A DNA stretch of 60,943 bases, filler included. It is 6 parts of 6 records of this genome, joined end to end, with 100 filler letters (N's around TTAATTAATTAA, not from the genome) between each part and the next. Parts side by side here need not be neighbours in the genome. Positions count along the whole stretch, not along the records: positions 1 to 11,798 come from DRR378314_545; positions 11,899 to 17,973 come from DRR378314_553; positions 18,074 to 29,430 come from DRR378314_555; 3 more parts are not named here. One strand, written 5' to 3'. The notes below the pieces were generated by a model. The model was not told the origin of the DNA, ran no database searches, and was given only the letters and a program-made list of their open reading frames with translations. How positions within the stretch are numbered: position 1 is the stretch's first letter; every line of letters starts with the position of its first letter. This document shows, piece after piece, positions 8,937 through 21,100 of this stretch. Both the position numbers and the translations under genes were made by a program.

Positions 8937-11369
8937 CTATTCCGTTCGCAAACTTTTTACTGGATTCACTATCGCCGCTTTAATACTTTGATAGCTAACT
9001 GTAAGTATTGCTATCCCAACTGCCAAGAATGCCGCCAGAATAAATACCCACCAACCAATTTCTATTCTATAGGTAAAATCCTCGAGCCATTTGTTCATGA
9101 GGTACCAGCCAATGGGCAGGGAAATAACAATTGCAATCCCCACCATTTTTAAAAAATCCGTAGTCAATCGATAAGTTATTTGACCAACACTTGCACCTAA
9201 CACTTTACGTATACCAATCTCCTTGGTACGCTTTTGGGCATTAAAGGCCGCAAGGCCAAATAGCCCAAGACAGGCAATCAAAATGGATAGTATGGTAAAT
9301 ACTACAAAAATACGTCCCAATTTTTGCTCTGCTTGGTAAGTCGTATTGAAAGAATCTTCCATAAAACGATAGCTGAACAACTGGCCAGGTGCGACTTTGT
9401 TCCATACATTTTCAATATTGGCTATAACATTTGAAAAATCGCCAGCTTTTAACCTAATGGCCAAAGAACCCGTAGAATTTCCGAGAAATAAGCCCAAGGA
9501 GGCTATATCTTCCCGGAGAGATGCGTAATGAAAATTTTTAACCACCCCAATCACGGTATAGAATACTGGGCTTTCTACACCAAGATCACCAGAAACCCTT
9601 GTCCCCAATACTTCTTCAGGCATTAGCCCCAATTTGGCAACCGCAGACTCATTAAGTATAGTAGCGGTGGAATCAGTTGGGAAGCGTTTATCAAAATTCC
9701 TTCCTGCAATAAGCTGCATGTCCATAGTCTTTAAATAGTCATGGTCTACCACCCAATTCTGCATTTGCAGGGCATTTTCCTGTTCTGCTGAACCTTCCTT
9801 GAAAAAGGAATTGTCATTGCGGAAAGAAGGTGTGGGCAAATAGCCGGTCAAGGTTGCAGTTGCCACTTCGCCCAATTGCATTACTTCCTCCTTAAAAGAT
9901 TGTACCTGGTTACCCGCGGCATGGACATCCTCTATAAGCAAGACCTGATCTTTGGCAAAACCAAGGTCCTTGCTTTGAATGTATTTCAACTGCTGAAAGA
10001 CCACTAGGGTACTAATTATTAATAGAACGGAAATGGCAAATTGGAATACGACCAAGGAATTTCGGATTTTTCCCCCGCCAATGCTATTCTCCCCCCCGCC
10101 TTTGAGAACTTTGGCAGCCACAAACCTCGACATAAAAAATGCAGGGTAACTTCCGGAAAAAAGACCTAGAAAAGTTACGGCGACTATCAGGATTATCCAG
10201 AAAATAGGATTTACGAACGGTATCGAAATGGCCTTTCCAGAAAGGTCATTGAAAAAAGGAAGGGCAACCATGGCAATACCAATGGCCAATATCAATGAAA
10301 TAAAGGAAATCAACCCTGCTTCGATCAAAAATTGCCGTACCAGTTCCGCCTTGTTGGAACCCAACGTTTTTCGGATACCTACCTCCTTGGCCCTTTTTAG
10401 GGAATGGGCCGTTGACAAATTCATAAAATTGACACTGGCCAAAAGGATTAAGAACAAACCAATAAAGGAAAGAATATAGACGTTTTGAATACTGCTGTTG
10501 GCACTTAGCTCTATCTCCCGGTTGGAATACAAATGGATATCGGTCAAAGCAATGGTGCTATACTTCAAATAATTTCCGGATGCCTCAAAAGATTCCGCTG
10601 TGATACCCGGATAGAAATTCTGCACATATGGGAAGATATATGTATCCAACATAGATTGCAAGGGAGCTTGAAAATCAGCAATATCGGCCCCAGGCAACAA
10701 TTTTATAAATGTGAAGTAGTTATGGCTAGTCCATGACATTTGCCGTGAGTCATCGAACCCGGCCATTGCCATTATAACATCATGGTCCCTAAACATTGAG
10801 TTCTTGGGAAAATCGGCGATAACTCCAGTTACGGTATAGGTGTCGGTGTTATTTAGCAACAACTGTTGACCCAAGGCATTATTTACACCAAAGTGCTTTT
10901 CGGCCGCCGTTTTCGTTAGCACCAAGGTATTAGGTTCGGTCAAGGCAGAATTTACATCACCTACAAGCAGGTCAATGCCAAACATTTTAAAGAACGTTGA
11001 ATCCGCATAAGCAACATTGGATTCTTTGGTATTGGCTTCAGTACCTTGTTTTCTTAACAACAGACTCCCTCGATTCCTTATTCTTGTTACAGACTCTATT
11101 TGAGGAAAATCATTTTTGATGGCAGCGGCCATAGGAGCACCAACTTCGGCCGACATCATCGTTTTACCACCGAACTTTATATCCGAATTTATTCTATAAA
11201 TACGGTCGGCATCTTTGAACATGGTGTCAAAATTCATCTCATCATAAATGTATATTGAGATGAGCAGCCCTCCGGCCATACCTATGGCTAGGCCAAAAGT
11301 ATTAAGGAAGGTAAAAAAAGGTTGCCTTTTTAGACTCCTCCAAGCTATTTTGAGATGATTTTTAAACAT
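8937..11369 (-). CDS. ABC transporter permease, duplicated MacB-PCD/FtsX architecture (810 aa)
   Basis: MFKNHLKIAWRSL; NFMNLSTAHSLKRAKEVGIRKTLG; QKRTKEIGIRKVLGA; C-terminus NPVKSLRTE. Confidence 0.95.
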   Translation of the reverse strand: MFKNHLKIAWRSLKRQPFFTFLNTFGLAIGMAGGLLISIYIYDEMNFDTMFKDADRIYRINSDIKFGGKTMMSAEVGAPMAAAIKNDFPQIESVTRIRNRGSLLLRKQGTEANTKESNVAYADSTFFKMFGIDLLVGDVNSALTEPNTLVLTKTAAEKHFGVNNALGQQLLLNNTDTYTVTGVIADFPKNSMFRDHDVIMAMAGFDDSRQMSWTSHNYFTFIKLLPGADIADFQAPLQSMLDTYIFPYVQNFYPGITAESFEASGNYLKYSTIALTDIHLYSNREIELSANSSIQNVYILSFIGLFLILLASVNFMNLSTAHSLKRAKEVGIRKTLGSNKAELVRQFLIEAGLISFISLILAIGIAMVALPFFNDLSGKAISIPFVNPIFWIILIVAVTFLGLFSGSYPAFFMSRFVAAKVLKGGGENSIGGGKIRNSLVVFQFAISVLLIISTLVVFQQLKYIQSKDLGFAKDQVLLIEDVHAAGNQVQSFKEEVMQLGEVATATLTGYLPTPSFRNDNSFFKEGSAEQENALQMQNWVVDHDYLKTMDMQLIAGRNFDKRFPTDSTATILNESAVAKLGLMPEEVLGTRVSGDLGVESPVFYTVIGVVKNFHYASLREDIASLGLFLGNSTGSLAIRLKAGDFSNVIANIENVWNKVAPGQLFSYRFMEDSFNTTYQAEQKLGRIFVVFTILSILIACLGLFGLAAFNAQKRTKEIGIRKVLGASVGQITYRLTTDFLKMVGIAIVISLPIGWYLMNKWLEDFTYRIEIGWWVFILAAFLAVGIAILTVSYQSIKAAIVNPVKSLRTE

Positions 11370-11404
11370 GATACCTCATTTTTAAGCGGGTCATATCCTA
11401 CGTG

Positions 11405-11427
11405 GATTGATTGATTGATTGATTGAT
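11405..11427. repeat. (GATT)5 tetranucleotide repeat upstream of a permease start
   Basis: gattgattgattgattgattgat read directly from the sequence. Confidence 0.8.
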
Positions 11428-11509
11428 GAATAAACCCTCCTTTTCATATAATCTTGCCGGGATTCCAAGTCTTGGCAGGTTTTATTAGTGTACTCGTTTC
11501 GCACTTATT

Positions 11510-11798
11510 CTATCTCATTGCGCCTACTGCCCTATTATGGCTCTCCGTGGCTATCTGTCCATCAAAGAGGTTAACTATACGATGGGCATAGTGAGAATCC
11601 CTGTCCGAGTGCGTGACCATTACAATGGTAGTTCCCTCCTGGTTCAATTCTGTCAACAGATTCATTACCTCTATCCCATTTTTGGAATCGAGATTTCCGG
11701 TGGGCTCATCCGCTAAAATCAATTTTGGATTGGTAACAACGGCCCTAGAAATGGCAACACGCTGTTGCTGTCCTCCTGAAAGTTGCTGTGGAAAGTGC
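11510..11798 (-). CDS. ABC transporter ATP-binding protein, C-terminal part (5' end lost at contig edge)
   Basis: The frame is open to the gap: [38 protein letters not shown]…VTH; stop at 11510. Confidence 0.92.
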
Positions 11799-11898
11799 NN
11801 NNNNNNNNNNNNNNNNNNNNNNNNNNNNNNNNNNNNNNNNNNTTAATTAATTAANNNNNNNNNNNNNNNNNNNNNNNNNNNNNNNNNNNNNNNNNNNN
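11799..11898. other. Artificial contig spacer (44 N + TTAATTAATTAA + 44 N)
   Basis: Six-frame stop linker inside an N run; base composition changes abruptly across it. Confidence 0.98.
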
Positions 11899-12678
11899 TT
11901 TTCCTCTGGCCGACGATTGCACGCAATGAGCGACTGCTTATAATGGTAGATTTTTTACATGGAAATTTGAGAGGGAAAAAATATCTGACGTTGTCGTCTG
12001 AGACCGCACTTTCGCGCGAACAGGCTTCGAGCGATCATCACCCAGTCTGCTTTTGCGACCTCGAGCTCTGTGCGCGTGCTTTCGCTTGCGACGGACCTTC
12101 TGTGCCTTCTTGCTTGTCAATGGGAAGGACCAGCCACGCGCTTCTCTCAAAGCTACAGTTATTTGCAACGGTATCTTTCGTGCTCTATATTTGATGCGTG
12201 AAGTTATGGGAGAAAAAAAATCGCACATACCAGTGTTTGTGCTGTGGTAGGTGACGGGATCGCGCTCGTGTTTTTGCTCTATATTTTCGTGCGTCGCGAT
12301 CGCTCGTCGTGTGACGGAGCGCGTGTGGCCCTCGCTGTGTGTTGACCACCACAGACCAACCGCGCCCTTTGCTCTATCGAAACGCTGTGGAGACCGTTTC
12401 GTTCCGCGTATGTGCGCAAAGAGATTATTTGCATATGCATGAGGGTGATGACATTCCTTCGGTGCCGGTGGCACCGTGTCCACTGCGTTACTACTGCATT
12501 TTGTGCGAGCTTGGTCCGGGCGCGCGCTGCGCGGTCGCGCCGCGAGCACCGGCGCTGCTTGTGGATCACAGCGCTCACCTCTGCAGACTGCTGCGTGTGT
12601 TCTCCTTGTCCGGGCTGCGTTGCTGTCTCTCATTCATGCTGCCCTTCCTGTTTATTTTTCTGGTCAATTGGGATACAG

Positions 12679-13241
12679 TTGATGACGAGGAAAGTGTTTA
12701 TATTGCCGATAAAGGGACATGCCTTGACGACGCCTGCGCCATGAAAGACATGGGAAAGCGCGCTCGCGGGCGTTGCTCTCCTTTGTCCGCAGCGTCGCCT
12801 GGCGCGGCGACGGGGAAGCGTGCTCCCGCTGACCTATTGTCGGGCCGGTACAAGCGACTCCGCCGTGATAGTGCAGACAAGAACAGTGATACTTCTAAAG
12901 TAATTACGAATATTCGTTGTCCTTGCGTCGAAAATGCAACGGACATGGCTGCAACTGCCGCGGAGGAAGCGCTAGCAGCTCAGAGCGCTGCGACGCCGCC
13001 GGCGCCCTCGAGCGAACACAGTTCCCCTTCACGCGGATCGCCTGCACAGGATCCTGGCGCAGTGCTACAGCGCGCTCCGGATGGGCGATCACGCGATTTT
13101 TACGTTTGGCTACGCAATGCACGCCGTGCAAAGGGCGCCTATGGATACAATCTTGAGGGCGTTAAGCCTTTGAGCCCGTTCACTTCCCTGCTTGACGACG
13201 CTGAAGATGTTCCATGGGAAGGCGGAGTGGAAGGCGTGTAA
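12679..13241 (+). CDS. Probable terminal exon of a eukaryotic hypothetical protein
   Basis: Acceptor-like gggatacag precedes a protein-like stretch (DDEESVYIAD…DFYVWLRNARRAKGAYGYNLEGVKPLSPF…GV*), followed by a more AT-rich 3' region. No family recognised. Confidence 0.4.
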
Positions 13242-13499
13242 ATGGAACGCGCTTTGTATGCTTCGCAGCTTCCCCCCCTCTTTTTCTCTTTTGCTGAATC
13301 GCATGGCTGTCTTGTTATAAGGATAGAGTAGATAATTGCCAATGTATGTATTTTGTGAAGGAATTCCCTAAATTTGATACGCTGATGTACTGTATAGTAC
13401 CGACTGTTGATTTCCACGATCGCAACGTCCCGATGTCGGTCGCGAATCTTTTGCTCCTTATCCGGAACCAGGTAGATCCACTAGCCAGTTTCGAATGAA

Positions 13500-15980
13500 T
13501 TTTTGTCTGCTCAAATAAACGATTGTCATAATACAAACGTTCTTGTGGAGGGGTATTCTTCAATTCGGATACGAATATGCAATAGAGAGAAGAAAAAGAG
13601 CAATCGTGGTCAGCTCGGCGCAAGGACGGACCAAGCGCACTCGTCTCCTCCCTTTGCGCAGCAATCCGATTTCCTGGATAATAGCAAACTGATGCCCAAT
13701 TGACTTTCTACGTAACAACTGCACATTTCCTCCGCACATCGCAAAGGAAAATGCAACGTGCTCGACCGGCCGCCATGAGAGACTTCACAACGCAGCGTAC
13801 CAACGTGCATGGATTCCACGGCACGTTCCACACTCGGCAGGTGGAAGCCACCAGCTCGTAACACCTGCAGCCAGATTGCGAGCTCTCGAGCTGTCGCTGC
13901 GACACAGTGCAAGATAACCTACCGCGCAAACGAATTTGCGAACCAGTCATAGGCGTTAGCGAGGAACAAGTGATGCTTTGGAGCTTTGCAAGGAAGCCGG
14001 CAATAGTTTCAGCACAACAGAGTTGCCACAACCACAGGCGCATCCAAGCACTGCCGCGTTCACCCACCCACAAATACAAGCTTCACACCTCCGGGGGATC
14101 CTCTTCTTCTTCCTGGACCGCCAGCATGTCATGTTCATTGATTGGTGCACGAAGTAAAAGGCCGAATCTTCGCCCTGTGGATTCCGGGGCAAGGGAAACC
14201 ATAGCATTGTGGAGAGGAACAACCTGCAGCGGGTACAGATGGACGTCCTTCCCACGGAAACGCGCAGGAGCACGACACGGCGACGTCGATTTTCATCAGA
14301 GCGTGTGCGGCTTAGAAGAAGATCAGTCACAGGTGTCATTATTCGGTTGCCAAATCACTCCTGAAGGGTATGCTGCAATCGCCCGATACCGCATTCGCAG
14401 AAAGGAGTAGCAATGATCCTCGGCGTACCGTTGGCGAGTCGTACAAGAGGAGGAGACCGTTGTACACGACACAAAAATGCACGCGCATTTCCCCAGGAGG
14501 TCCGATTTCGAGCTTCATGCACATGCGAAGACGCCAGCACAGAGACACCAATATCGCGAATAAATTTCGATAACAATTGTCAGAAAACAATACGCTTAAT
14601 CCATCAAGAGGGAAATTTGAGAGCCAAAGTACCAGCACAGCCCGCTACCGCCAAAAAGATGAGGAAGCAAGCAAGTGCGCAAAGTGCAGGAAAACTCCTT
14701 CAGCCCGGTTGAGACAGACCTTGCCAAGAACATCAGCGCCAGGCCGGAGCAATTCGTACGGCTCTGTTTTGTCCGTATGCACACTGGAAAGTAGCAAGGG
14801 AAGAATATCTGCAAACACGGGAGACCACGCAAAAAGGAATAGATTCCGCGCGGTTCACTCCACTCGGCAGAAGACCAGGTCCAGCAATATTCGTCTCACT
14901 GCACAAGGAGAGCGTGCGGGCCTCCTGCCGCATTTCAGTTGTGTAGGTTCGCGAGGACATTCGTTCCTGGCGACTTACCGTTGCGTGGGACGGGCTCCAT
15001 TTCCTGTAACTGAATGTAAAAGTTATACAGAATACAGCACAGCACCGATAAAGACACAGCCAGAGCGCAGGAGTTAGAAGAAACAGTATTGAGCGCCGGT
15101 GTGCGCTGGGCTGGAAGTTCGGTCCGTCTGCCCAGCGGTGCGTTCCTCTCGCTTTCGCGACCGGGCCCTCGCTCCTCTGGCACTGCGGCGCTTGACCAAG
15201 ATATTGCCGCATTCGCGCTCTTATTATCCGAATCAATCATACATCGTTAATATATGCTTTCAGATCTCGCTGGACCGGAGCAAGTTCGGCGAGTGACTCG
15301 ATCCCTTGCAGTAAGAGAGGCGCAAGCCCTGCAGCAACGCGCAGCAGATCCCGCGCACGATTCTGCGTCAGAGCGCGAGCATTCGACCAGGTGCGCCGCC
15401 CACTTCCGCTCTCGCGCCCCGAACATTGCATTGTCACAAGGCAGTCATTTGCGTTCGCACATGCAATGGTGTACAATCAGCATACCTGGGCTCGTAATAC
15501 GCAGCGTGTCGTTGTCTTCTGTGCGCTCGATTGTCGTGCCGCGCGACAGCGGGTACAGGCCTCGCGGCCTCTGCGGTGCGTCCTGTGTCCGCACGCAGCA
15601 GCGCGCAGCACAGCGAGAACCGCGTTCAGAGCTCAGCAAGTGCAGCGTTCCCGTCGCTCGCCGGCGCCACAGCGCTGCCTGGGCGCTGCGTCGTACCTCT
15701 TTTCGACGAAAGTACATTAACAGCTCACGAGAAACAAGAAAATAACGCTTGTGCCATGTCGGATATTTTCCGCCGCTGCAGACGCAGCGATGAGCACAGA
15801 GCACACAAAACAGTACTGTGAATAACGTGCGCGCTATGAGAGAGGCGGAAACCTCGCGGTCGTGTCGCGAGAGCGCGCGCTCTCTGCGCGCGACGCCGCT
15901 GACGGGCGCAGCTTTCGCCGCAGCACGTGCCGTTTTCGCAAATGGAAGCGCAGAGGCACATCTTCTCCAGCACGAGCCAT
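13500..15980 (-). CDS. Spliced gene for a tandem PH-domain protein (3' end approximate)
   Basis: Exons 15980-15931, 15775-15697 and 15582-15486 give LRFHLRKRGGKYPTWHKRYFLVSRELLMYFRRKEDAPQRPRGLYPL (PH strands b1-b4). Later exons give GEMRVHFCVVYNGLLLLYDSPT, PLQVVPLHNAMV and VILHCVAATARELAIWLQVLR (second PH domain with the Trp-bearing terminal helix). Confidence 0.7.
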
Positions 15981-17973
15981 TGCAAAGGGTCGCGCAAGAC
16001 GCTGTACAAAGGCAGGCGATAGCGACAAAGGGACGGAAGGCGGGCTCGCAGCGTCTTGGCGTGTAAGCGTCGCCGGAGCGCGGCTGTGCGCGAGCTAGGG
16101 CCGGGTTGACCTGCATCCGTGCGACAGGTCGCAGCGCTCGCAGGGAGCCGCTCGAGCATGGCCTCACCGTCGGAACTGCCTCCAGTAGGACCAGCATAGC
16201 GTCGACCTTGTGCCGTGCCTGCCAAAGGGGTTGCCAATCTTTTCTGCTGAAGCGATTTCTGACGTTGCTCTTTCTCGCTATTTATCTTTGCTGAAGAGAC
16301 AGGATGCGAGTAGGTAAGACGGTGCATTACAAACGCGCGGTCCAGGGCTTATCGACTTTGTCATACGCATACAACGAGATTTTGTCCAGGGGAACGTGGT
16401 CGCCAGGGTTGAAGTGAGAAGCCACAGGCGTGAACGCCCCCCTGCGTTTCCTTGGCGTATGCACGCATACGCACTGAAATGTAGATGTTCACCCATTTTG
16501 GTGCGTATCGTCCTTTTCCTGTGGAAACGAACCTCTTACGTGGTGCATTTCCACCCTCCGAACCGCATTCGTGGTTGGCTGTACGGAAAAGGAATGGCAC
16601 CACAGAACGACCGGCACCACCCATTGCGTGCAAGGTGGTCGCGAGATGGTAGCGCTTTCACTCGCGAGCATGTGGCACACGTGCCTTTCGCCGCAGGCGC
16701 TCGCCACTTCAAGGTGGCAAATCGCAGAATCTTTCCACCTTCTTTTCGAATGGTCGGCAAATCCTAATCTTGATTGATGCAATGCGAGAACGTTGTTTCG
16801 CGTAGAAATTTCATATCTTTCGTGTGAGAAAAGGGCGCAGATTGCAACATACATTATCGCTGTCTTGCTTTAGGATGCCATTTCCCCTCCCTGTTGCGTT
16901 GTTAAGAGTTTCAAGAATTGGTATTCTACCGCTGTGTGCATAGCGAGCCAAGTTTTCCTTCGCAGACCCCCCTTAAAGATACCGCGTTCGTAGCTCAAGT
17001 TTGAAATTCCAACCTAAACCAAAGACACTTGTATCCTTCTGAGTAGGACCAGCGGGTAAGGAAGTGCTTCGATTGCGTGCTGTTGGCCAGATTTGTCGAT
17101 ACTTTAGATGCAGACCTGATGGCACCCTTCTGTGCGGGGGGAAATGTGCCGGTAGTTTGTTTGTTGGCCACGAGTGCCCCGCCCCCTTCCTCCCTGCCCA
17201 GCAGAATGCGTGTAGACAGTTCCGTCAATCGAATTCCTTGTCGTGTTGGCGCCCGCCCCTGAGGTTCGCGATACAAAACAAACCTTCAGGAGCTTGCGCT
17301 AGTATGGAAGCAAAACGCGGTGAGGAGGGAAACGCGCAGCTATTTCCGCAACTTTGCTGGGCGGTATCGGAAAAGTGGTTGGTTTTCTTTCATTTTGCCG
17401 AGTGCATAAATGCGAGTAAATGAGGCAAATATATGCTGTATGTGATGGAGATCATTGGTGTTGCCTTGTTGACTGCTCGCGTTACGTGTGTGAGACTGGA
17501 AATGTCTCAGAAATCTCTGTGAGCGTACAGCAGTCGAAACATTGGGAGCTCGAGAGCAGCAAAGTACATCGCGTTTTGGATTCGTTGCTCTCGTTCAACG
17601 AAATTCGTTTTTCTTGTATATAGCTCGTACAGTGGAACCACAGTATGCGTATTGTTCTTTTCACGCGTGGCATCTTCTGCCAAATGCAGTACCCTTCCCC
17701 GCGGTATGCGTGGTTCGTGTGACAAGTTGGAAACAGCGACACACCAAGATTTCTGCTGTCTGACATTTGCTGTGCTTCTACCTCTGATGAAACTTTTCGA
17801 GCTGATTTCAGGTACAAGCATGCTCAACATTTCTTTTGGTTGCATCCCGAATTTTTTTTTTGCTGAACGCAGGAACATTACGATTCGGATATGTTATTAT
17901 ATTAACTATCGGCAGCCTGCTGGTATCTCTTGCAGCAGGGCAAACAGTGCCCGACGCGGCTTCCAGCGTTGTC

Positions 17974-18073
17974 NNNNNNNNNNNNNNNNNNNNNNNNNNN
18001 NNNNNNNNNNNNNNNNNTTAATTAATTAANNNNNNNNNNNNNNNNNNNNNNNNNNNNNNNNNNNNNNNNNNNN
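17974..18073. other. Artificial contig spacer
   Basis: 44 N + TTAATTAATTAA + 44 N. Confidence 0.98.
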
Positions 18074-18103
18074 AACGAACGAAAGAACGAACGAACGAAC
18101 GAA
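18074..18103. repeat. Imperfect (AACG)n microsatellite at contig edge
   Basis: aacgaacgaaagaacgaacgaacgaacgaa. Confidence 0.8.
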
Positions 18104-21100
18104 GGAAAGAGAGCACAGAAGCCAGAGAGCAGCAAACGGTAACGCGGATCAGGTGGACGCGATCTCAAGCGTGAGCGCACAACGGACAGCAAGCTCGGCA
18201 ATACAGCGCTCGCACAAGTCTCCATCCTTGGCAAAGAGCATGATTGTGGGGTACCGAGGAGGAACGCATTGCGCCGCAGCCGCATACGAGCAAAACCGCG
18301 GCGTGTCGTTGCTGTCTCGTTCGGTGTCGTGCGCGAACGAGCGAGTCTCTCACTAGCGCGCGCGCACACACACCTTCTTCGACGTGGACGGCAGATCGTC
18401 GTCACTCTTGAGATCGTAGTCTTCGCCAACAAACGAACCGGCAGCTTGCGCTGCGTGCATTGCAGAGTCACTGTCCACGGAAAGTACTTCGCTGGCGGAG
18501 AGCGATGAGGAACTCGAGTCGCTGAGATGCGCTTCCGCGTCGGCGTCACCAGCGGGCATCGGCGCCTTTCCGTTGCTCGCTCCGCTGCCGGCTGACGCAG
18601 CCAGCGCGCCAGCGGACGCGGCGATCGCAGCGGAGTCGCCCGACGAGCCCACCTGGAACGACGCGAACGCGGAATATGCACCGGGAGACCAACACACGCT
18701 TGAAGGCGGGGATAGCGGATCGGGGAAGCGCGCGGCGCTTTGGGACACGGGTGTTGCGCATGGAGGAACGCGCAGCCGTTCCCGCGCGACCGAGCGCGAC
18801 GAGCAGAGTGCGCGACGGTGACGAGGAGCGAGGAAGGAAGCGCGGTACTGGCGAATCCGCGACCGCGATGAGAAGTGAGGAAGGAAGCGCAAAGGCGCCA
18901 GCGTACGCGGTACGCGGTACGCGGTTCGTGCACGAAGCTGTAGTGCGGGTACACGCGGGTTCCACGTGCAGCTACGCGCGAGCAGCGCACGGGCAGCACC
19001 GCGGGCTCGTACTCGCCGCAACAACGAGGACTCGCGACGGGAATCAACGGCAACATACGTCCGGCGACGCGGCGTTCCGGGTGTCTGTTGCGGGAGGCTC
19101 CGGCGTTTTCGGAGAGAAGAGCCACCTGGAAGCGCAGCGACAGCGCCGTGGACGCAGCGGACGTATCCAGCAGAATACCGCACCACAACGGCAAACGACA
19201 TGATCGTGAATATCAGGCGAAGAAATAGCACAAGCGCTCCCACGACTGGAGAAGCACAAAGTTGTCAGCGCATCCACAACAGTTCCATGAAGCGCATACG
19301 ATGGCGCGTAGTGCATTGCCGTGAAGCTCGCACGTGAAACGGCGCGTGCGCAGGCGCGTACGCGGATACACGCAAGCTTTGCACCAATGAGCGTACTTTC
19401 GCCACGAGGAGGACTCCGAGCGCGTATCGCTCGGGGTTGCCGCCAGGTCGCTCGCGTCGTCAAAGTCTCGCATCCTGTGCAGTCCGGTAGCGTGTGCGAT
19501 CTCGAGCAGCGCCGCGGAACTCGGAGGCTTCTGGAAGGCGCACCAGCTCGACAGCGCCACGGCAACCATCTGTATCACATAGTAAGAGAGAAAGAGAGAG
19601 AGCGGAGAACAAGAACAAGCCGATGCCAGAGCATAGGAAGAATGAGGGCAGGTAGGGCTACGAATAAAGGAAAAACCGCACGTTGGAGTGCAGATGGAAC
19701 GCGGAGAACGAGCGGAAATCCACAACGGCAGCTCGAAACGCCTCTGTGCGCATCCACAGAGCTCGAACACGGATACAACACCAACGGCAAGGAAATCCAC
19801 GGCACATACTCCGGTATATATGAATGTGTGTGCGCTTCCCTCCAGCTACACATCGCAGCACTTTCTTCTCGCGCTTCGTCTGTGGAGTCGGGACACGGGG
19901 AGCGATACGGTAGAGTCGTACTTTCGCAGGGACAAAGACACAGCGACAGGACGCAATCAGCGTCGGGTCGTCCCACAGCGAGGGATCCTCGGACACCGTT
20001 GCGAAATCTACTTGCATCCGCGCGAACAACGCAGCGTCGCGGTCTCCACCTGCACAGGAACAATGGGTGATCGAGAGGTGACGTAACCACGAGGTCAAAG
20101 GGAAAGTGCGGACCCTGTGTGCGCAGCAATGCAGCGATCTCGTAGGTGTCAGAAGCTGAAGCGCAGTCACGCAGCAGCAAAAAGTGACAAACGCGACTCC
20201 GCGCACGACAAGCGTTCCACCGAGGCAACGGACCGACTTCAGCAGCCCACGTATACACGGTACAGCGGGAACGCAACTGCACCGCTCGTACACAAGGACA
20301 AACCGTAAGGACAGCGGCACATGCGGATCCTTGGAAACGGGACCCGCGCGTGCTGGCGTCGGAGCACCGTGTCCTCCGCCGGCACAAGCGGCGCGTTCCG
20401 GCGCGTGCGATACGCGCGTCCGACCCGCACCTTCCAAGAGATGGCCACACAGCGATAGGGAAAACGGAGGAGGTCCAGCTCCGCGCAGCGACAGAGAGGC
20501 GCTCGTGGCGAACTCGGTCGACGCAAGATAGGCGGCCACTTGCTCCACGGACTCGAGTGGCTGCGCAGCTACTTCCAGCGCGGTCCTCGCACCGTGATCG
20601 GTCTCGAGTCTGTGCAGCGCGCGCGCGTACATCGTCGCACATACACGAAGAGCACGAGAAACATCAACGGAACAAGTATCAGCGATCACACGCGTACACA
20701 CACGAGTCCACTACAAAGCGTAGGGACGCCACCAGCACATGGGACACGACGCCTCGTTTTGCGGAAGATGGTCGTACGTGCAGCATAGTAGTACGTTCTC
20801 CGTCGTGTACGGCGACGAGCTGCGATGACGGAATCGCGCACACGATTCCGCGTCCGGAGCGTATCGGAGCTGCCGCGGCACGAGAAGCGAGCGACCGCGA
20901 CCGCTCCACCGCGCACGAAAGCACGAGCGTACTCGCAGGTATTCGCGAGAGCGCGAGTCCTCACTGGTGTAATTGTGCACCGTCGCGCGCAGCGTTTCTC
21001 GTACCTCGCTTGGTCGGGATGCTCGATGGAGAGGCTGCGGCGATGCCGATTCCGGCGCCGCGCGCGTCGGCGATTCCGCTCCGCTCCTTCATCGCCCTCC

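Noticed and set aside
3819..11430. CRISPR array or integron attC sites in the permease spacers
   Set aside because: There is no repeat-spacer periodicity, no cas or integrase gene and no attC-like inverted core sites.
16985..17060. tRNA-like start GCGTTCGTAGCTCAAG
   Set aside because: No anticodon stem, TTCGA T-loop or matching acceptor strand follows.
16300..17973. Possible further exons near the contig end
   Set aside because: Splice-like signals exist, but no consistent reading frame or recognisable domain could be assembled.
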